Positions 20,272 through 29,970 of a stretch of DNA of 64,000 bases are shown piece after piece. The stretch is from Candidatus Multivoradales bacterium. GTDB lineage: Bacteria > Acidobacteriota > Thermoanaerobaculia > Multivoradales > JAHEKO01. The notes beneath the pieces are model-generated. The model did not search any database and was not told the DNA's origin. It saw only the letters and a list, made by a program, of their open reading frames with translations. The translations under genes and the position numbers were made by a program. Location: contig CBDCVR010000014.1 of NCBI GenBank assembly GCA_965223155.1, positions 96,001-160,000 of the forward strand. Reading direction: 5' to 3'. Each line of letters starts with the position of its first letter. Positions within the stretch are counted from its first letter, which is position 1.

Positions 20272-21716
20272 TCGGCCGCTTCCGGAATCGTCTGGCAGGC
20301 GTCGTCCGACTGCTTGGCATCCAGCTCACGCGCCTGCGCCAGCCAGCGCTCGCGCACGATCCGCTCCGGCGTGGTTCCCAAGGCCTCGGCGACCTGCACA
20401 ATGCTCCGCCAGTCGAGACCCGCCAAATCCGCGAAGGCCCGGATTCCCTGAGCCGTCAGTCCCTCGGCGAACGCCGGGCCGATTCCTCGAATCGCCGTCA
20501 GGTCGTCCGACTCGACCACCTCCGCCGTAACCGGCGCGGCCTCGGGCCGGTCGGCCCTCGCGGTCTCGACCCGGTTGCGGCCCGAGTTCTTCGCCCGGTA
20601 GAGCGCGGTGTCCGCGCTTCGGAGCAGCTCCTCCGCCTCCAGGCCGTGATCAGGCAAGAACGCCAGGCCACCGCTGATCGAGACGAAGCCGAGCGGCTGC
20701 CGCTCGCCGTTGGGTACCGGATAGGCGGCGATCATGCCCCGGACCTTGTCCGCGACGTGGACCGCGTCTTCGGGCTGCCGGTCCCGGAGCAGCAGCAGGA
20801 ACTCTTCACCGCCCCAGCGCCCAAAGGCGTCGTCCGTGCGCACCTGCTCTGCGATCAGCCTGGACACCAGTTGCAGACACTCGTCCCCAGCCATGTGGCC
20901 ATTGCTGTCGTTGTAGCTCTTGAAGTGGTCGATATCGAACAGAAAGAGGGCGAGCATCCGTCCAGAGGTCCGAGCCTCGTCGGCAAACTCCCTCAGCGTC
21001 GACGTCAAGGCACCCTTGTTGAGCACGCCGGTAAGCGGGTCCAGGTCGGCCTCGGAGCGCACCCTGCTCAGAGCGGTCGTGCTCTTGTAGGTGTAGGCCG
21101 CGGTGCTGGCCACCACCTGGAGCAGCCGCATCGCGCACAGCGGCTTCTGGCGGCAGCGGGCCAGCGCCAGCACTCCGAAATGGCCGCCGTCCACGGTCAT
21201 GGGCACCGCCATCTCGGGCCGGAAGCCTTGGAGCTCGGACGAGGCCTCGGGGGGCGGCGGCCGGTCGAAGGCCACGCCGCCGGTCACGACCCGGCTCAGC
21301 GGTCCGCGGCCCAAGGTCACGACCGTACCCCGGCTCACCCGCCGGCCGGTCGAGGCGGCAACGATCAGCTGCTGCTCGCGATCCTCCTCGGCGACCGCCG
21401 GCCGGCGGCGAATCAAAACCACCGCTTCCTCGGGATCGAAAACCTTGACCATGTACTCGACCGCGATGCCCGCGATTTCGCGGAACTTCTTGACGCCGTG
21501 CAACCGCTCGAGGCTGCGCAAGGTCTCGGCGAAGCTCCGATCCAGCCGGTCCAGGCCTTCGTTCAGTCGTTCGGCCGCATCCAGCTCCCGCTCCTTGCCG
21601 CCGCCGAAGAGTCCGGCGACGGTAATCAGAGCCGTGAATGCCACTTCCGGCGCCGGGCCAACGGTGGCAACTGCGCTCATGAGCTCGATCGACATGAGGT
21701 GGGTAGCTTGCGCCAC
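20268..21716 (-). CDS. GAF-like + GGDEF diguanylate cyclase with C-terminal helix-hairpin-helix domain
   Basis: DPLTG, DIDHFK.YND..GH, RTDD I-site, GGEEF, then DDLTAIRGIGP...W..QAREL HhH. Confidence 0.85.
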   Translation of the reverse strand: MAQATHLMSIELMSAVATVGPAPEVAFTALITVAGLFGGGKERELDAAERLNEGLDRLDRSFAETLRSLERLHGVKKFREIAGIAVEYMVKVFDPEEAVVLIRRRPAVAEEDREQQLIVAASTGRRVSRGTVVTLGRGPLSRVVTGGVAFDRPPPPEASSELQGFRPEMAVPMTVDGGHFGVLALARCRQKPLCAMRLLQVVASTAAYTYKSTTALSRVRSEADLDPLTGVLNKGALTSTLREFADEARTSGRMLALFLFDIDHFKSYNDSNGHMAGDECLQLVSRLIAEQVRTDDAFGRWGGEEFLLLLRDRQPEDAVHVADKVRGMIAAYPVPNGERQPLGFVSISGGLAFLPDHGLEAEELLRSADTALYRAKNSGRNRVETARADRPEAAPVTAEVVESDDLTAIRGIGPAFAEGLTAQGIRAFADLAGLDWRSIVQVAEALGTTPERIVRERWLAQARELDAKQSDDACQTIPEAAE

Positions 21717-21798
21717 TCGGGGATTCGAGAACGCAAACCTAACGCATCATACGCGAACGGCGGCGGCCCAACCGCTCTCGGCACCCGCTCACGGTCGT

Positions 21799-24700
21799 TC
21801 AGGCCTCGTCCACGGTCTCGTGGAGAGCCTCCGGCGCGCGCTCGGCCCCGAGCACGCGGACAGTGCCGGCCCGCCGGTCCTCCAGGGTCAGGCTCGACGA
21901 CACCAGGGAGGCGCCGCCCGCGACTCCTGAGGCCGCCTCCAGCAGGTAGCGGCCGAAAGCCCGCGTCTGCAGGCACTCGCTCCAGTAGACCTTGAGAGCC
22001 TTGTAGATCTTGCCCACCGGCTCGAGGGGTTTGGCCGTCGGAACCGGATTCGCGCCCGGCCGGAGATCGTCCCAGAGGAGCTCCAGACCGCGGTGCAGCG
22101 AGCTCAGCTCGGCGAAGAGCTTCGGGTGCGCTTCCACGGCTCCGGGAAAGGTCCACAGGAACTTCACGCTCTCGCGCCGAGCCTCCATCTTGCCGACTGT
22201 CCGGATCTCCCCGTTGCCGCCACTCAGGTCCGTGAAGTGCCGTTCGGCCAGCTGCCCGTACTCCCGGGCATTCACCACCAGCCCCCTGGAGGCGTCCTTC
22301 AGGTACCGCTTCCACAATCCGGAGTAGAGCCGCCGGCGCTCGGCGACGCTGTCCCGCACGGGATCCTTCTTGGCTCGCTTGAAGGGCATCGCGGCGGCCA
22401 GCGCCAGCGCGGCCAGATCGGTATCCAGCGGGGCGCCGACACGCAGAATCGCGGGCAGCGCCTCGGGAGCCACCCGCAGCACGAGCCGGGCGGTGGCCTC
22501 CTTGCCCTTGAGCGACTCCATGGCGGCGACCACGGTGGCCGGATCTTCGACCACTTGCCAGAGCACCGCGGCGTCGGCGACATCGTCCATGAGCTTGGGA
22601 CCGACCTGCTTGGTCCATTCGAACTGGAGCTCGAGCCCGAACCGGAACGACCGCAGGCTCGCCTCGGCCTGGAACCCGTCCATCCGCGCCTCGAGCTCGC
22701 CCGACCAGGTCCATCCGCTCCAAACGCCCTTCTTGCGCCTCTCGACCTCGTATCCGTGGCAACCCAGAAACGTGGCCTTGAGGCGATTCTGGGCATCCAC
22801 CTGCATGGTCCGGCGCTCGCGGTCGAAGCTGCTGACGCTGCCGAAACGCGACCCCAGACCCAGGGAGAATCCCCAGCTCTTCAAGCGCTCCAGGGTGGAC
22901 TCGCGCAGGAACTCCACGAGCTCGATCTCGTCGGGCTCGTGCGCTGAGCGCTCGAGCAGCACCGAGAAGTTGCCCCGCGCCAGGTCGGAGTGGAGCTCTC
23001 GCAGTGCCGCCGGGGTCAAGTTCACGTCCAGCAGCGCCTCCTCCTCCTTGAAGCGGCCGTACTCGAAGGAGACCCCGGCTCGCACCTCGGCACGGGCGAT
23101 GGCGTCGAGCGCCTTCTGGGCTTTGGCTTCGAGCTGGTTGCGCTTGGCACGGATCGTCGCCAGCGCCTTGCTCTCGAGGCCCAGGCGCGACACCAGCCGC
23201 GAGCGCATCGACTCCTCGGCGCTGGTGAGCTGGCCGGCGGACTTGGCCAGCATCCGATCGACCGGCGCCAGCCTCTCGCCCAGCGCCGCTTCCAGGGCGG
23301 CCCGCACCACTTCCGGATCGGCGAACTTGGCACCGGCATTGACGTCGATACGAGCCTTCGTGCTGCGCGAGCGCGCCTTGCGCACCGAAACCCGAAACGG
23401 CCGCTCGGCGGGATTGGCCCGCGGGCGGGCGAAGACGATTCGGAAGTCGTCATGCACCGCCAGGCCCGCCTGAAAGCGGGCCGACAGTCCCAACTCCACG
23501 TCGAGCGGTCCCTGGACACCCAGAGTGTCTCCCAGCTCGTTCAGGTTGCCGGCCAAGACGCTCGCCCAGGAAAGCTCGACCGCCGCGCCTAGCTTGCCAG
23601 TCACCCGCAGCTCGAGAGCGTCGTCCTCGGGCAGGCGCAGCACGTCATGGCGCTGGAAGGCGAACCGCGGCCAGTGGAGATCCGAGGCGACAGCGGCTTG
23701 GACGTCCTCTTCGGAGCGCGAATGCGCCCGGTAGTCTGACAGCACCACCGACTTGCCGGCTTCGAACCGCAGTCCGAACGTGTCCGGATCCACGTCCGCC
23801 TTGCCGGTCACCGCGAGTCCGCCCTCCAGCCGGTAGCGCAGCCAGGCCTGGCGTGCGAGGGTCGGCGCCGGCCCCGCGTCGGTCACACCTAGAATCCCGG
23901 TCAAGACCTCCGGAGCCTTGGCCGAAGCACCACCGTTGAAGAGGTCCACGTCCAGACCACCCGTCGCCGTCGGCTCCAGGGTCAGTCCCAACCCCCCCAG
24001 CCGGAACGAGGCCGAGCCCAGGCTCCAGGAGCCTTGCCGGGTGAGCCGTCCACCGCCGGAGGAGAGTGGCTTCTGGGCGATTTGGGCCAACTGCTGAACC
24101 CAAGACTTGATCGCCAGGCTGGTAGCGGGCAGAGCCGACTTCCGTAGCGCCTGCAAGCGCTTGGAGGCAGTCGCATCGCGCGCCTCGACCGCGGTCACGA
24201 GCCACGATGCCGGCCGGCCCTCGATCAGATCGATGTTGTCGATCAGAAAGTCGATGTGATGGGACATCGGCTCGGAGGCGCCGAGGCCGTCGGCCCTCGG
24301 CAACCCGAGGTAGCGACGAGGATTCGTCTCGGCGATGCGGGTGAACTCGGCCTGGGTCAGGCTGTCCTCGAAAAAGCGCCAGTACTCGGTCTCGGTAGCC
24401 TTCATGCGTACGAGCCAGAAATCGGTGCCGAAGAGAACCCGAGCGCGGTAGACCGGATGCTCAAGGAGCTCGTGGATGACATCGAAGTAGGCGGCTTCCG
24501 CCTCGCCGCCCTTGAAAGGCTCGGCGTTGAACGAGATGTCTGTATAGACGTTCTCGTGCTTATCCATCAGGGTGAGAATCGTGTCCTGGAAGCTGTCGGT
24601 ACGGCTGGCCGGGTCGAGATGGGTGGAGGCGACGCCGCCACTGCCGCCAAGATGCGCCAGGCAGACCTTGAGCTCCGGAAATTTCTCGAGCACCGGCCCG

Positions 24701-25602
24701 AAGAACGATGGATTGCTGAATTTTCGGGTCGTCTCGGAGCGGAAGAAGCCGCTGCCTGAAGCGTGGGTCATCACCGGCACCGAGTGCTCCTGGCAGTACT
24801 TGTAGACCGGATCCAGGGCCGCATCGGCCGGCGAGTAGCCCACCGCCGGATAGAGCTTGACCCCCACGAAGCCCCAGCGGTCGAGCGCCTCTTCGGTGAG
24901 CTCGACGAAGCCGGGAAGTGCCGGATCCGTCGCCGAGCCCACGCGCTGCGGATCCACGCCGATGAACGGGAAGAGTCGGCCGGGATAGCGTAGCACCGCC
25001 GAGACCGTGTCGTCCCGCAGCTTCTTGTAGAGCTCCAGATCCTGGCGTCTCTGGTCGTCGGTCTCCCCCTCCGAAGCCACGTCGATGATGAGCGCCACAG
25101 CCGCGTCTTCCGGGTCGATCTCGGACAGCAGGCGGTCGGCGACGCTCCCCATGTCTTGCTCGAAGGCGATCGCAAGCAGGTCGAGGCGATCGGTCCAGGT
25201 GGTCCGTCCGATCTTCTTCTGCTTGCGCAGGAAGCCCGTCATCCGGGTAACAATGCTCTTCAAGCCCAGGAGGGCGTGCTTCTGGAGATCCCCAACGAGC
25301 TCTTCGCCAAACGGCTCCGGCAGATCCCGGCCGGCCCGCTCGAGATCGGTCAGGAGTCCGGTGCTCTTCTCGATGTCCCGCAGCAGGCCTCGCACGAAGG
25401 TCTCCTCGTTGACTTCGGGATGGCCTTTGAGCAGGTCCACGATCCGGTCGCCGACGACGGCACCCAGCTTTCGAGTCAGCTTCGAGTCGCCCAGGTCGGT
25501 GCCCACCACCGCTTCCACGATCCGGTGTTTGATGATGTCCACCGAAGCGTTGGACAGGGTGTCGTCGAGATTGAAGACGTGGGCATGGCAGTTGACGCGC
25601 AT
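21799..25602 (-). CDS. 1267-aa protein: Amidohydro_2-type TIM-barrel fused to about 780 aa of unknown domains
   Basis: NCHAH, GVKLYP, VMTH, LAHLGG and LFGTDF metal-site motifs in residues 1-435. The C-terminal part is unassigned. GAGGA RBS. Confidence 0.75.
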   Translation of the reverse strand: MRVNCHAHVFNLDDTLSNASVDIIKHRIVEAVVGTDLGDSKLTRKLGAVVGDRIVDLLKGHPEVNEETFVRGLLRDIEKSTGLLTDLERAGRDLPEPFGEELVGDLQKHALLGLKSIVTRMTGFLRKQKKIGRTTWTDRLDLLAIAFEQDMGSVADRLLSEIDPEDAAVALIIDVASEGETDDQRRQDLELYKKLRDDTVSAVLRYPGRLFPFIGVDPQRVGSATDPALPGFVELTEEALDRWGFVGVKLYPAVGYSPADAALDPVYKYCQEHSVPVMTHASGSGFFRSETTRKFSNPSFFGPVLEKFPELKVCLAHLGGSGGVASTHLDPASRTDSFQDTILTLMDKHENVYTDISFNAEPFKGGEAEAAYFDVIHELLEHPVYRARVLFGTDFWLVRMKATETEYWRFFEDSLTQAEFTRIAETNPRRYLGLPRADGLGASEPMSHHIDFLIDNIDLIEGRPASWLVTAVEARDATASKRLQALRKSALPATSLAIKSWVQQLAQIAQKPLSSGGGRLTRQGSWSLGSASFRLGGLGLTLEPTATGGLDVDLFNGGASAKAPEVLTGILGVTDAGPAPTLARQAWLRYRLEGGLAVTGKADVDPDTFGLRFEAGKSVVLSDYRAHSRSEEDVQAAVASDLHWPRFAFQRHDVLRLPEDDALELRVTGKLGAAVELSWASVLAGNLNELGDTLGVQGPLDVELGLSARFQAGLAVHDDFRIVFARPRANPAERPFRVSVRKARSRSTKARIDVNAGAKFADPEVVRAALEAALGERLAPVDRMLAKSAGQLTSAEESMRSRLVSRLGLESKALATIRAKRNQLEAKAQKALDAIARAEVRAGVSFEYGRFKEEEALLDVNLTPAALRELHSDLARGNFSVLLERSAHEPDEIELVEFLRESTLERLKSWGFSLGLGSRFGSVSSFDRERRTMQVDAQNRLKATFLGCHGYEVERRKKGVWSGWTWSGELEARMDGFQAEASLRSFRFGLELQFEWTKQVGPKLMDDVADAAVLWQVVEDPATVVAAMESLKGKEATARLVLRVAPEALPAILRVGAPLDTDLAALALAAAMPFKRAKKDPVRDSVAERRRLYSGLWKRYLKDASRGLVVNAREYGQLAERHFTDLSGGNGEIRTVGKMEARRESVKFLWTFPGAVEAHPKLFAELSSLHRGLELLWDDLRPGANPVPTAKPLEPVGKIYKALKVYWSECLQTRAFGRYLLEAASGVAGGASLVSSSLTLEDRRAGTVRVLGAERAPEALHETVDEA

Positions 25603-25751
25603 CGCAGTTCCTCACCGCCCGGCACCGGTATGCCGGTCCTGGATCCATCGTTCGTCGACTAGCTTACGAAGCATATTTCCCTAAAGCCTTCTTCGGGTCA
25701 AGGACGGTTCCCTTCTGGGGCGCGACGATCGCCATCGACTAGAATCGATGC

Positions 25752-26021
25752 ATGACCACACGCGGACGAAAGCACCACACCAAGGTCGTGTGGCCGGGCT
25801 TTTCCAACAACCCGGCACCCAGGCACACGCAGAAGATCGGACGCAACGAGCCCTGCCCGTGCGGTAGCGGCACCAAGTACAAGGACTGCCACCAGGCTGA
25901 CGGCGCCTCCTTCTTGAACAAGCTCGAGCGCCAAGCCGAGCGACAGCGCCGCCGCGAGGTCCGCCAGAAGCTCAAAGAGCAGGGCGTTCCCTGGTATCGG
26001 CGTCTCTTCCTACAGCGTTAG
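25752..26021 (+). CDS. Small SEC-C motif protein
   Basis: [20 protein letters not shown]. Confidence 0.85.
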   Translation: MTTRGRKHHTKVVWPGFSNNPAPRHTQKIGRNEPCPCGSGTKYKDCHQADGASFLNKLERQAERQRRREVRQKLKEQGVPWYRRLFLQR

Positions 26022-26057
26022 CCGGCCGGTCCTCCCAGCGCCGGCCGGATCCGCCGC

Positions 26058-26284
26058 CTAGGATTCGGCCAAGAACCCGCGGGCGTGCTCGACCGCCTCG
26101 CGCTCGACGTCGCCGGCGCCCCATGAGTCCAGGAACGCCCGGTACCGGCGGCGCGCCTGGGCCTGGTCCCCGGCGGCCTCGGCCATCTGAGCCAGACGCA
26201 GGTTGCTCATCACCACGGCGTGGGGTTCGAACAAGCTCTCGCTCGTACGTGCCAGCACCTGTTCGTACCGGGCACGGGCCTCCG
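26058..26284 (-). pseudogene. Orphan C-terminal TPR fragment (gene remnant)
   Basis: SEARARYEQVLAR...LRLAQMAEAAGDQAQARRRYRAFLDSW...EAVEHAR, bounded upstream by an in-frame stop with no RBS. Confidence 0.5.
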
Positions 26285-26327
26285 ATCATCGCGCGGAGAG
26301 TATCGGAATCCGGGTGTCTCGCTGGAC

Positions 26328-27116
26328 TCAGTCGCCCAGCAGATCGGGATCGGGCGCCAGCACCAGCATGCGCGTCGTTCGGCGTCGCGGCCAGCTCCGG
26401 CGGAACGAGACCACGCGATGGGGGGTATCCCCTAGTTCGGAAAAATCGTGAAAGCGGTCGTGCAGAGTAAACGCTCCGAGAGATCGGCCGTGCATCAGCG
26501 ACAGGATCTCTTCCAGGAAGTGCCCGATCGACCAGTGGAATCCGACGGCGAAGAACGAGTACACGAAATCGTAGGGGCCGGGCAGAGCGTCCAGCCGGTA
26601 GCCCAGCTCGGCGGCGTCGAAGATCCGGAACTCTCCGGCCTGGTTGTACTCGAGTACCCGCCGCAGCTCCTCCGGGGTGCCGCAGAACGAATCCTCGAAC
26701 CGCGGCCCGGCCTTGGTGTACTTGGTGCTCTCACCCGAGCCTTCGTACAGGTGGAAGGGGACGTCTTCCCAGTCCAGCATCTTCTTGAAGAACGCGCTCG
26801 AACGGCCGAGTCCGGGGCCGATGTCCAGAACCCGAGCCGGCCTGCCGGGCAGGCGCTCCAGGAACGGCGCTAGCGCCTCGTACTCGCCCCAGCAGAGCCC
26901 GTTCTGGTTGAGCTCCCAGAACCTGCGCGAGCTTTCGTCGGCGCGCAAATGAAACTGCGGCGAGATGAGCTTGATCGCGGCCAGTAGCTTCGGGTCGAAG
27001 GGCGGCGCCCTGAAAAGCGGCTCCTTGGCGGCCAGATACGGATCGAGCTCGCTCAGCGAATGGCCGAGCTTGAGCTTCTTGCGGATCTTGGTGACCAGAT
27101 TCACGGCGACGCCCAA
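26328..27116 (-). CDS. Class I SAM-dependent methyltransferase
   Basis: RVLDIGPGLG motif I and YDFVYSFFAVGFH. Confidence 0.8.
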   Translation of the reverse strand: MGVAVNLVTKIRKKLKLGHSLSELDPYLAAKEPLFRAPPFDPKLLAAIKLISPQFHLRADESSRRFWELNQNGLCWGEYEALAPFLERLPGRPARVLDIGPGLGRSSAFFKKMLDWEDVPFHLYEGSGESTKYTKAGPRFEDSFCGTPEELRRVLEYNQAGEFRIFDAAELGYRLDALPGPYDFVYSFFAVGFHWSIGHFLEEILSLMHGRSLGAFTLHDRFHDFSELGDTPHRVVSFRRSWPRRRTTRMLVLAPDPDLLGD

Positions 27117-28790
27117 CTAGAAGCGCGAGCTCGTCAGGGTGACGTCGGCCTCGGACCAGGCGGTGGTGAAGCGCTTGCCGATGTCGAGCGCCAGATCCAG
27201 CTTGTTCTGCGCCCGCAGGCTCCGCTCCAAGCCGAAAAGCGCGAAACCGTTCTCAGGATGCTTGCGCAGATCCTGCCAGTAGACCACCTCGGCTTCGGCC
27301 GGCCGGCCGGCGTCGAGGAGAGCGGCGCCCAGGAAATGGCGCACCGGAAAGTACCAATCCGGCGGCTCGTTGTAGAGCAGGCTGTCTTCGATCCGCACCG
27401 CGCGCGCCAGCTGCGCGATGCCGTCCTCGAAGCGGCCCCGATCCACGTCCAGCTCGGCACGAACGATCAGGACCGCGATGGTCAAGAGCTTCTCGGCCGT
27501 GGAAAATCCGATGACGTACTCATCCCGCGTGCCCACTTCGGAGCGGATCGCCTCGAGCCGGCGGAGCTCCTTCTTCGCGTCGCGCCGGTTGTCGCTGTGC
27601 AAGTGAGCCAAAGCGCGGCCGTAGTGCCAGGTCCCGGTGAGAAAGCGGGCGTCGGCAACCGGCGCCGGCTCGGCCAGCATCTCGCCCCAGCGCCCGAACC
27701 GCACCATGGTGAAAATGGGTTGGCCCATGAAGGTCTCGAAGAGAGCGAGTCCGTCGCCTTCCAGCCCCTCCGGGATCTTGGTCGAGACCTTGCGGGCCGA
27801 CTCGATCGCCTCACGGCTGCGGCCCTGGAACATGGCCGACCAGGCCATGAAGTGGAGGTTGTGCGGGTAGTAACCCAGGGGGTAGATCCCCTGGGCCCGG
27901 CACTGCGCGATGTAGCCCTCGTCGGCCTGAACCGCGGCAGCGTTGGCCCGGTACGAATCGGCGTAACGCCCGATCCTCATGTAGATGTGCGAGGGCATGT
28001 GCACCAGGTGGCCGGCTCCGGGCATGAGATCCAGGAGCCGGTCGGCGGCGTCCTCGCCCCGTCCGGGGTGCGGCAGCTCCACGGTGTGGATGTAGTAGTG
28101 GAGAGCTCCGGGATGGTTCGGATCGGCCTCGAGAACCGCGGAGAACGCTTCCAGGATCTTGTCGGTATCCTTCTTGGGACTGCCGTCCAGGTACCAGTAG
28201 TCCCAGGGGCTCAGGTTCATCAACGCCGCGCCGTACAGAGTGCGGGCGTCGAGATCGCCGGGATACTTGGACGCCAGCTCGGCCATGGCCGCGGCATACT
28301 CTTCGTCGAGCAGAACGCGATCGGCCTCCGCATCGTCGGAATAGCGCTTGGCCAGGGCGTCGATGTAGGCCCGCTCACGCTCGGAGACCCCGTCCTTCTT
28401 GGCGAGCGCCAGCTGGAGCGCACCCCAGGCTTGCGGCACGACCTCGGGCACCATCGGCAGGTTGATGTTCGGGCCCAGCGCCAGCGCCCAGCCCCAGTAG
28501 GCCATGGCGTTGTCCGGGTCGAGCCGCGCCGCTTCCTTGAAGGCACGCAGGGCTTCCGAATGGTTGAAGGCGTAGGTCAAGCGGATCCCCTGGTTGAAGA
28601 AAGCCTGAGATTCCTCCGAATCGGTGGAGACGGAGAAATGATGGCTGCCCAAGCCCTCCAGGCGTGGGGCGATCGGTCCGTCGGCGCTCGAGGGATCCGC
28701 GTCCAGAGCGCGCGGATCGTGCATCTGAGCGCTCGCTATCGAGGCGGCCAGGGCCAAGGCCGCGAAAGCGGCCAGTATCCGTACCGTCAT
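27117..28790 (-). CDS. Secreted TPR protein with conserved His-rich motifs
   Basis: AAGGAG RBS, signal peptide, TPR helices, HPGALHYYIH, HLVHMPSHIY and YYPHNLHF motifs. Confidence 0.8.
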   Translation of the reverse strand: MTVRILAAFAALALAASIASAQMHDPRALDADPSSADGPIAPRLEGLGSHHFSVSTDSEESQAFFNQGIRLTYAFNHSEALRAFKEAARLDPDNAMAYWGWALALGPNINLPMVPEVVPQAWGALQLALAKKDGVSERERAYIDALAKRYSDDAEADRVLLDEEYAAAMAELASKYPGDLDARTLYGAALMNLSPWDYWYLDGSPKKDTDKILEAFSAVLEADPNHPGALHYYIHTVELPHPGRGEDAADRLLDLMPGAGHLVHMPSHIYMRIGRYADSYRANAAAVQADEGYIAQCRAQGIYPLGYYPHNLHFMAWSAMFQGRSREAIESARKVSTKIPEGLEGDGLALFETFMGQPIFTMVRFGRWGEMLAEPAPVADARFLTGTWHYGRALAHLHSDNRRDAKKELRRLEAIRSEVGTRDEYVIGFSTAEKLLTIAVLIVRAELDVDRGRFEDGIAQLARAVRIEDSLLYNEPPDWYFPVRHFLGAALLDAGRPAEAEVVYWQDLRKHPENGFALFGLERSLRAQNKLDLALDIGKRFTTAWSEADVTLTSSRF

Positions 28791-28842
28791 CGGAAACTCC
28801 TTTCTCGTACCGGCGTGGCGATCATAGCCTGCCCTCCCGCCC

Positions 28843-29940
28843 TTAGGGATCGAGCCGGCCGCCGCCGGGACGTCGGGCCGGCGGAGCGCCGGGATCCGAA
28901 GATCTCGGCCACCCCTCCTCGCCCTCGAGCTCCCCGTGCTCGAGCTCCCGGCCCGCCAGGCTCTCTTCCAGCTCCCAGCGCTCGTAGATCGAGCGATCGC
29001 GCCGGCGCCGGCGGAGAACCGCGACCAGAACCAGCAGGGCCATCGCAGCCCACAGCGTTGCCTCACTGGACAGAACCGGAAGCCATCGATACCAGACGGT
29101 CATGCGCCGCCAGAACCTCTCTTCGGCAGTTGCCAGATCGTAGCCAGCGGCCTCCCGAAAGGCCTCTTCGAAGGACTCGCCCAACGCCACGCGGCGCAGC
29201 AGTCGCGCAGGCAAGAGCCGCCCACGATCTCGAACGAGAGCCCGCACGAAGGAACCCGCCAAGGCATAGGCGCCGCGGACCTGGCGCGGGTCGCCGAACC
29301 GGCGATCCAAGTCCGCAAGATCGTAGCGCCCGCGCCGGATCAACGTACGGGCCACCAGGCCGCGGTCCTTGAGACCCCAGCTCTCCTCGGCCAACATTGC
29401 CAGCCCCTCCTGCCACCAGCGCGGCAGCGGCCGGCCGGCGGCGGAACGAGCGATCAGGACGTGGGCGATCTCGTGGCCCAAGAGCTCTTCGAGGTTGGCG
29501 TGCGGATAGATCGGGACCCGGCCCGGAATCAAGACCACGGTATCCAGATCGGCGCGCGCGAATCCGGCGACCCAGGGTCCGATCTCGAGAGCCCGGGCTT
29601 GGTCCGGATCCAGCAGCACGACCCGGATCGGACGCTGACCGCCAAGATCGACGCCGATAAGCTGGCAGAAGCGGTTCAACCGTTGGGGCCTCCAACTCTG
29701 CAACCGGTCGGCAACCCTCTGAAGAGCCGGCGAACTGGCGAACTCGAGCCGGAGTGCAGCACCCCCGGCCGGCCCCCTGGCTCGCTCTGCGACCTTCTCA
29801 CCGACCCGTTCACCGGTCGGCGCCGCTGCGAACAGAGTCATCGCCTGAGCCTGGCGAACGGGCGCGACCAGGGCCGCGGCTACCAGAAGAGCGGGCGGAA
29901 TCAGCGCGGGAAGAGGTCGCAGCACCGGTATCGGGGGCAT
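28843..29940 (-). CDS. Peptidase MA-like zinc metallopeptidase with C-terminal TM anchor
   Basis: GHEIAH...PRWWQEGLA motifs, signal peptide, TM helix followed by an Arg run. Confidence 0.75.
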   Translation of the reverse strand: MPPIPVLRPLPALIPPALLVAAALVAPVRQAQAMTLFAAAPTGERVGEKVAERARGPAGGAALRLEFASSPALQRVADRLQSWRPQRLNRFCQLIGVDLGGQRPIRVVLLDPDQARALEIGPWVAGFARADLDTVVLIPGRVPIYPHANLEELLGHEIAHVLIARSAAGRPLPRWWQEGLAMLAEESWGLKDRGLVARTLIRRGRYDLADLDRRFGDPRQVRGAYALAGSFVRALVRDRGRLLPARLLRRVALGESFEEAFREAAGYDLATAEERFWRRMTVWYRWLPVLSSEATLWAAMALLVLVAVLRRRRRDRSIYERWELEESLAGRELEHGELEGEEGWPRSSDPGAPPARRPGGGRLDP

Positions 29941-29970
29941 GGGGCCGGGACGGGCGGTTGCCGGACCCGG

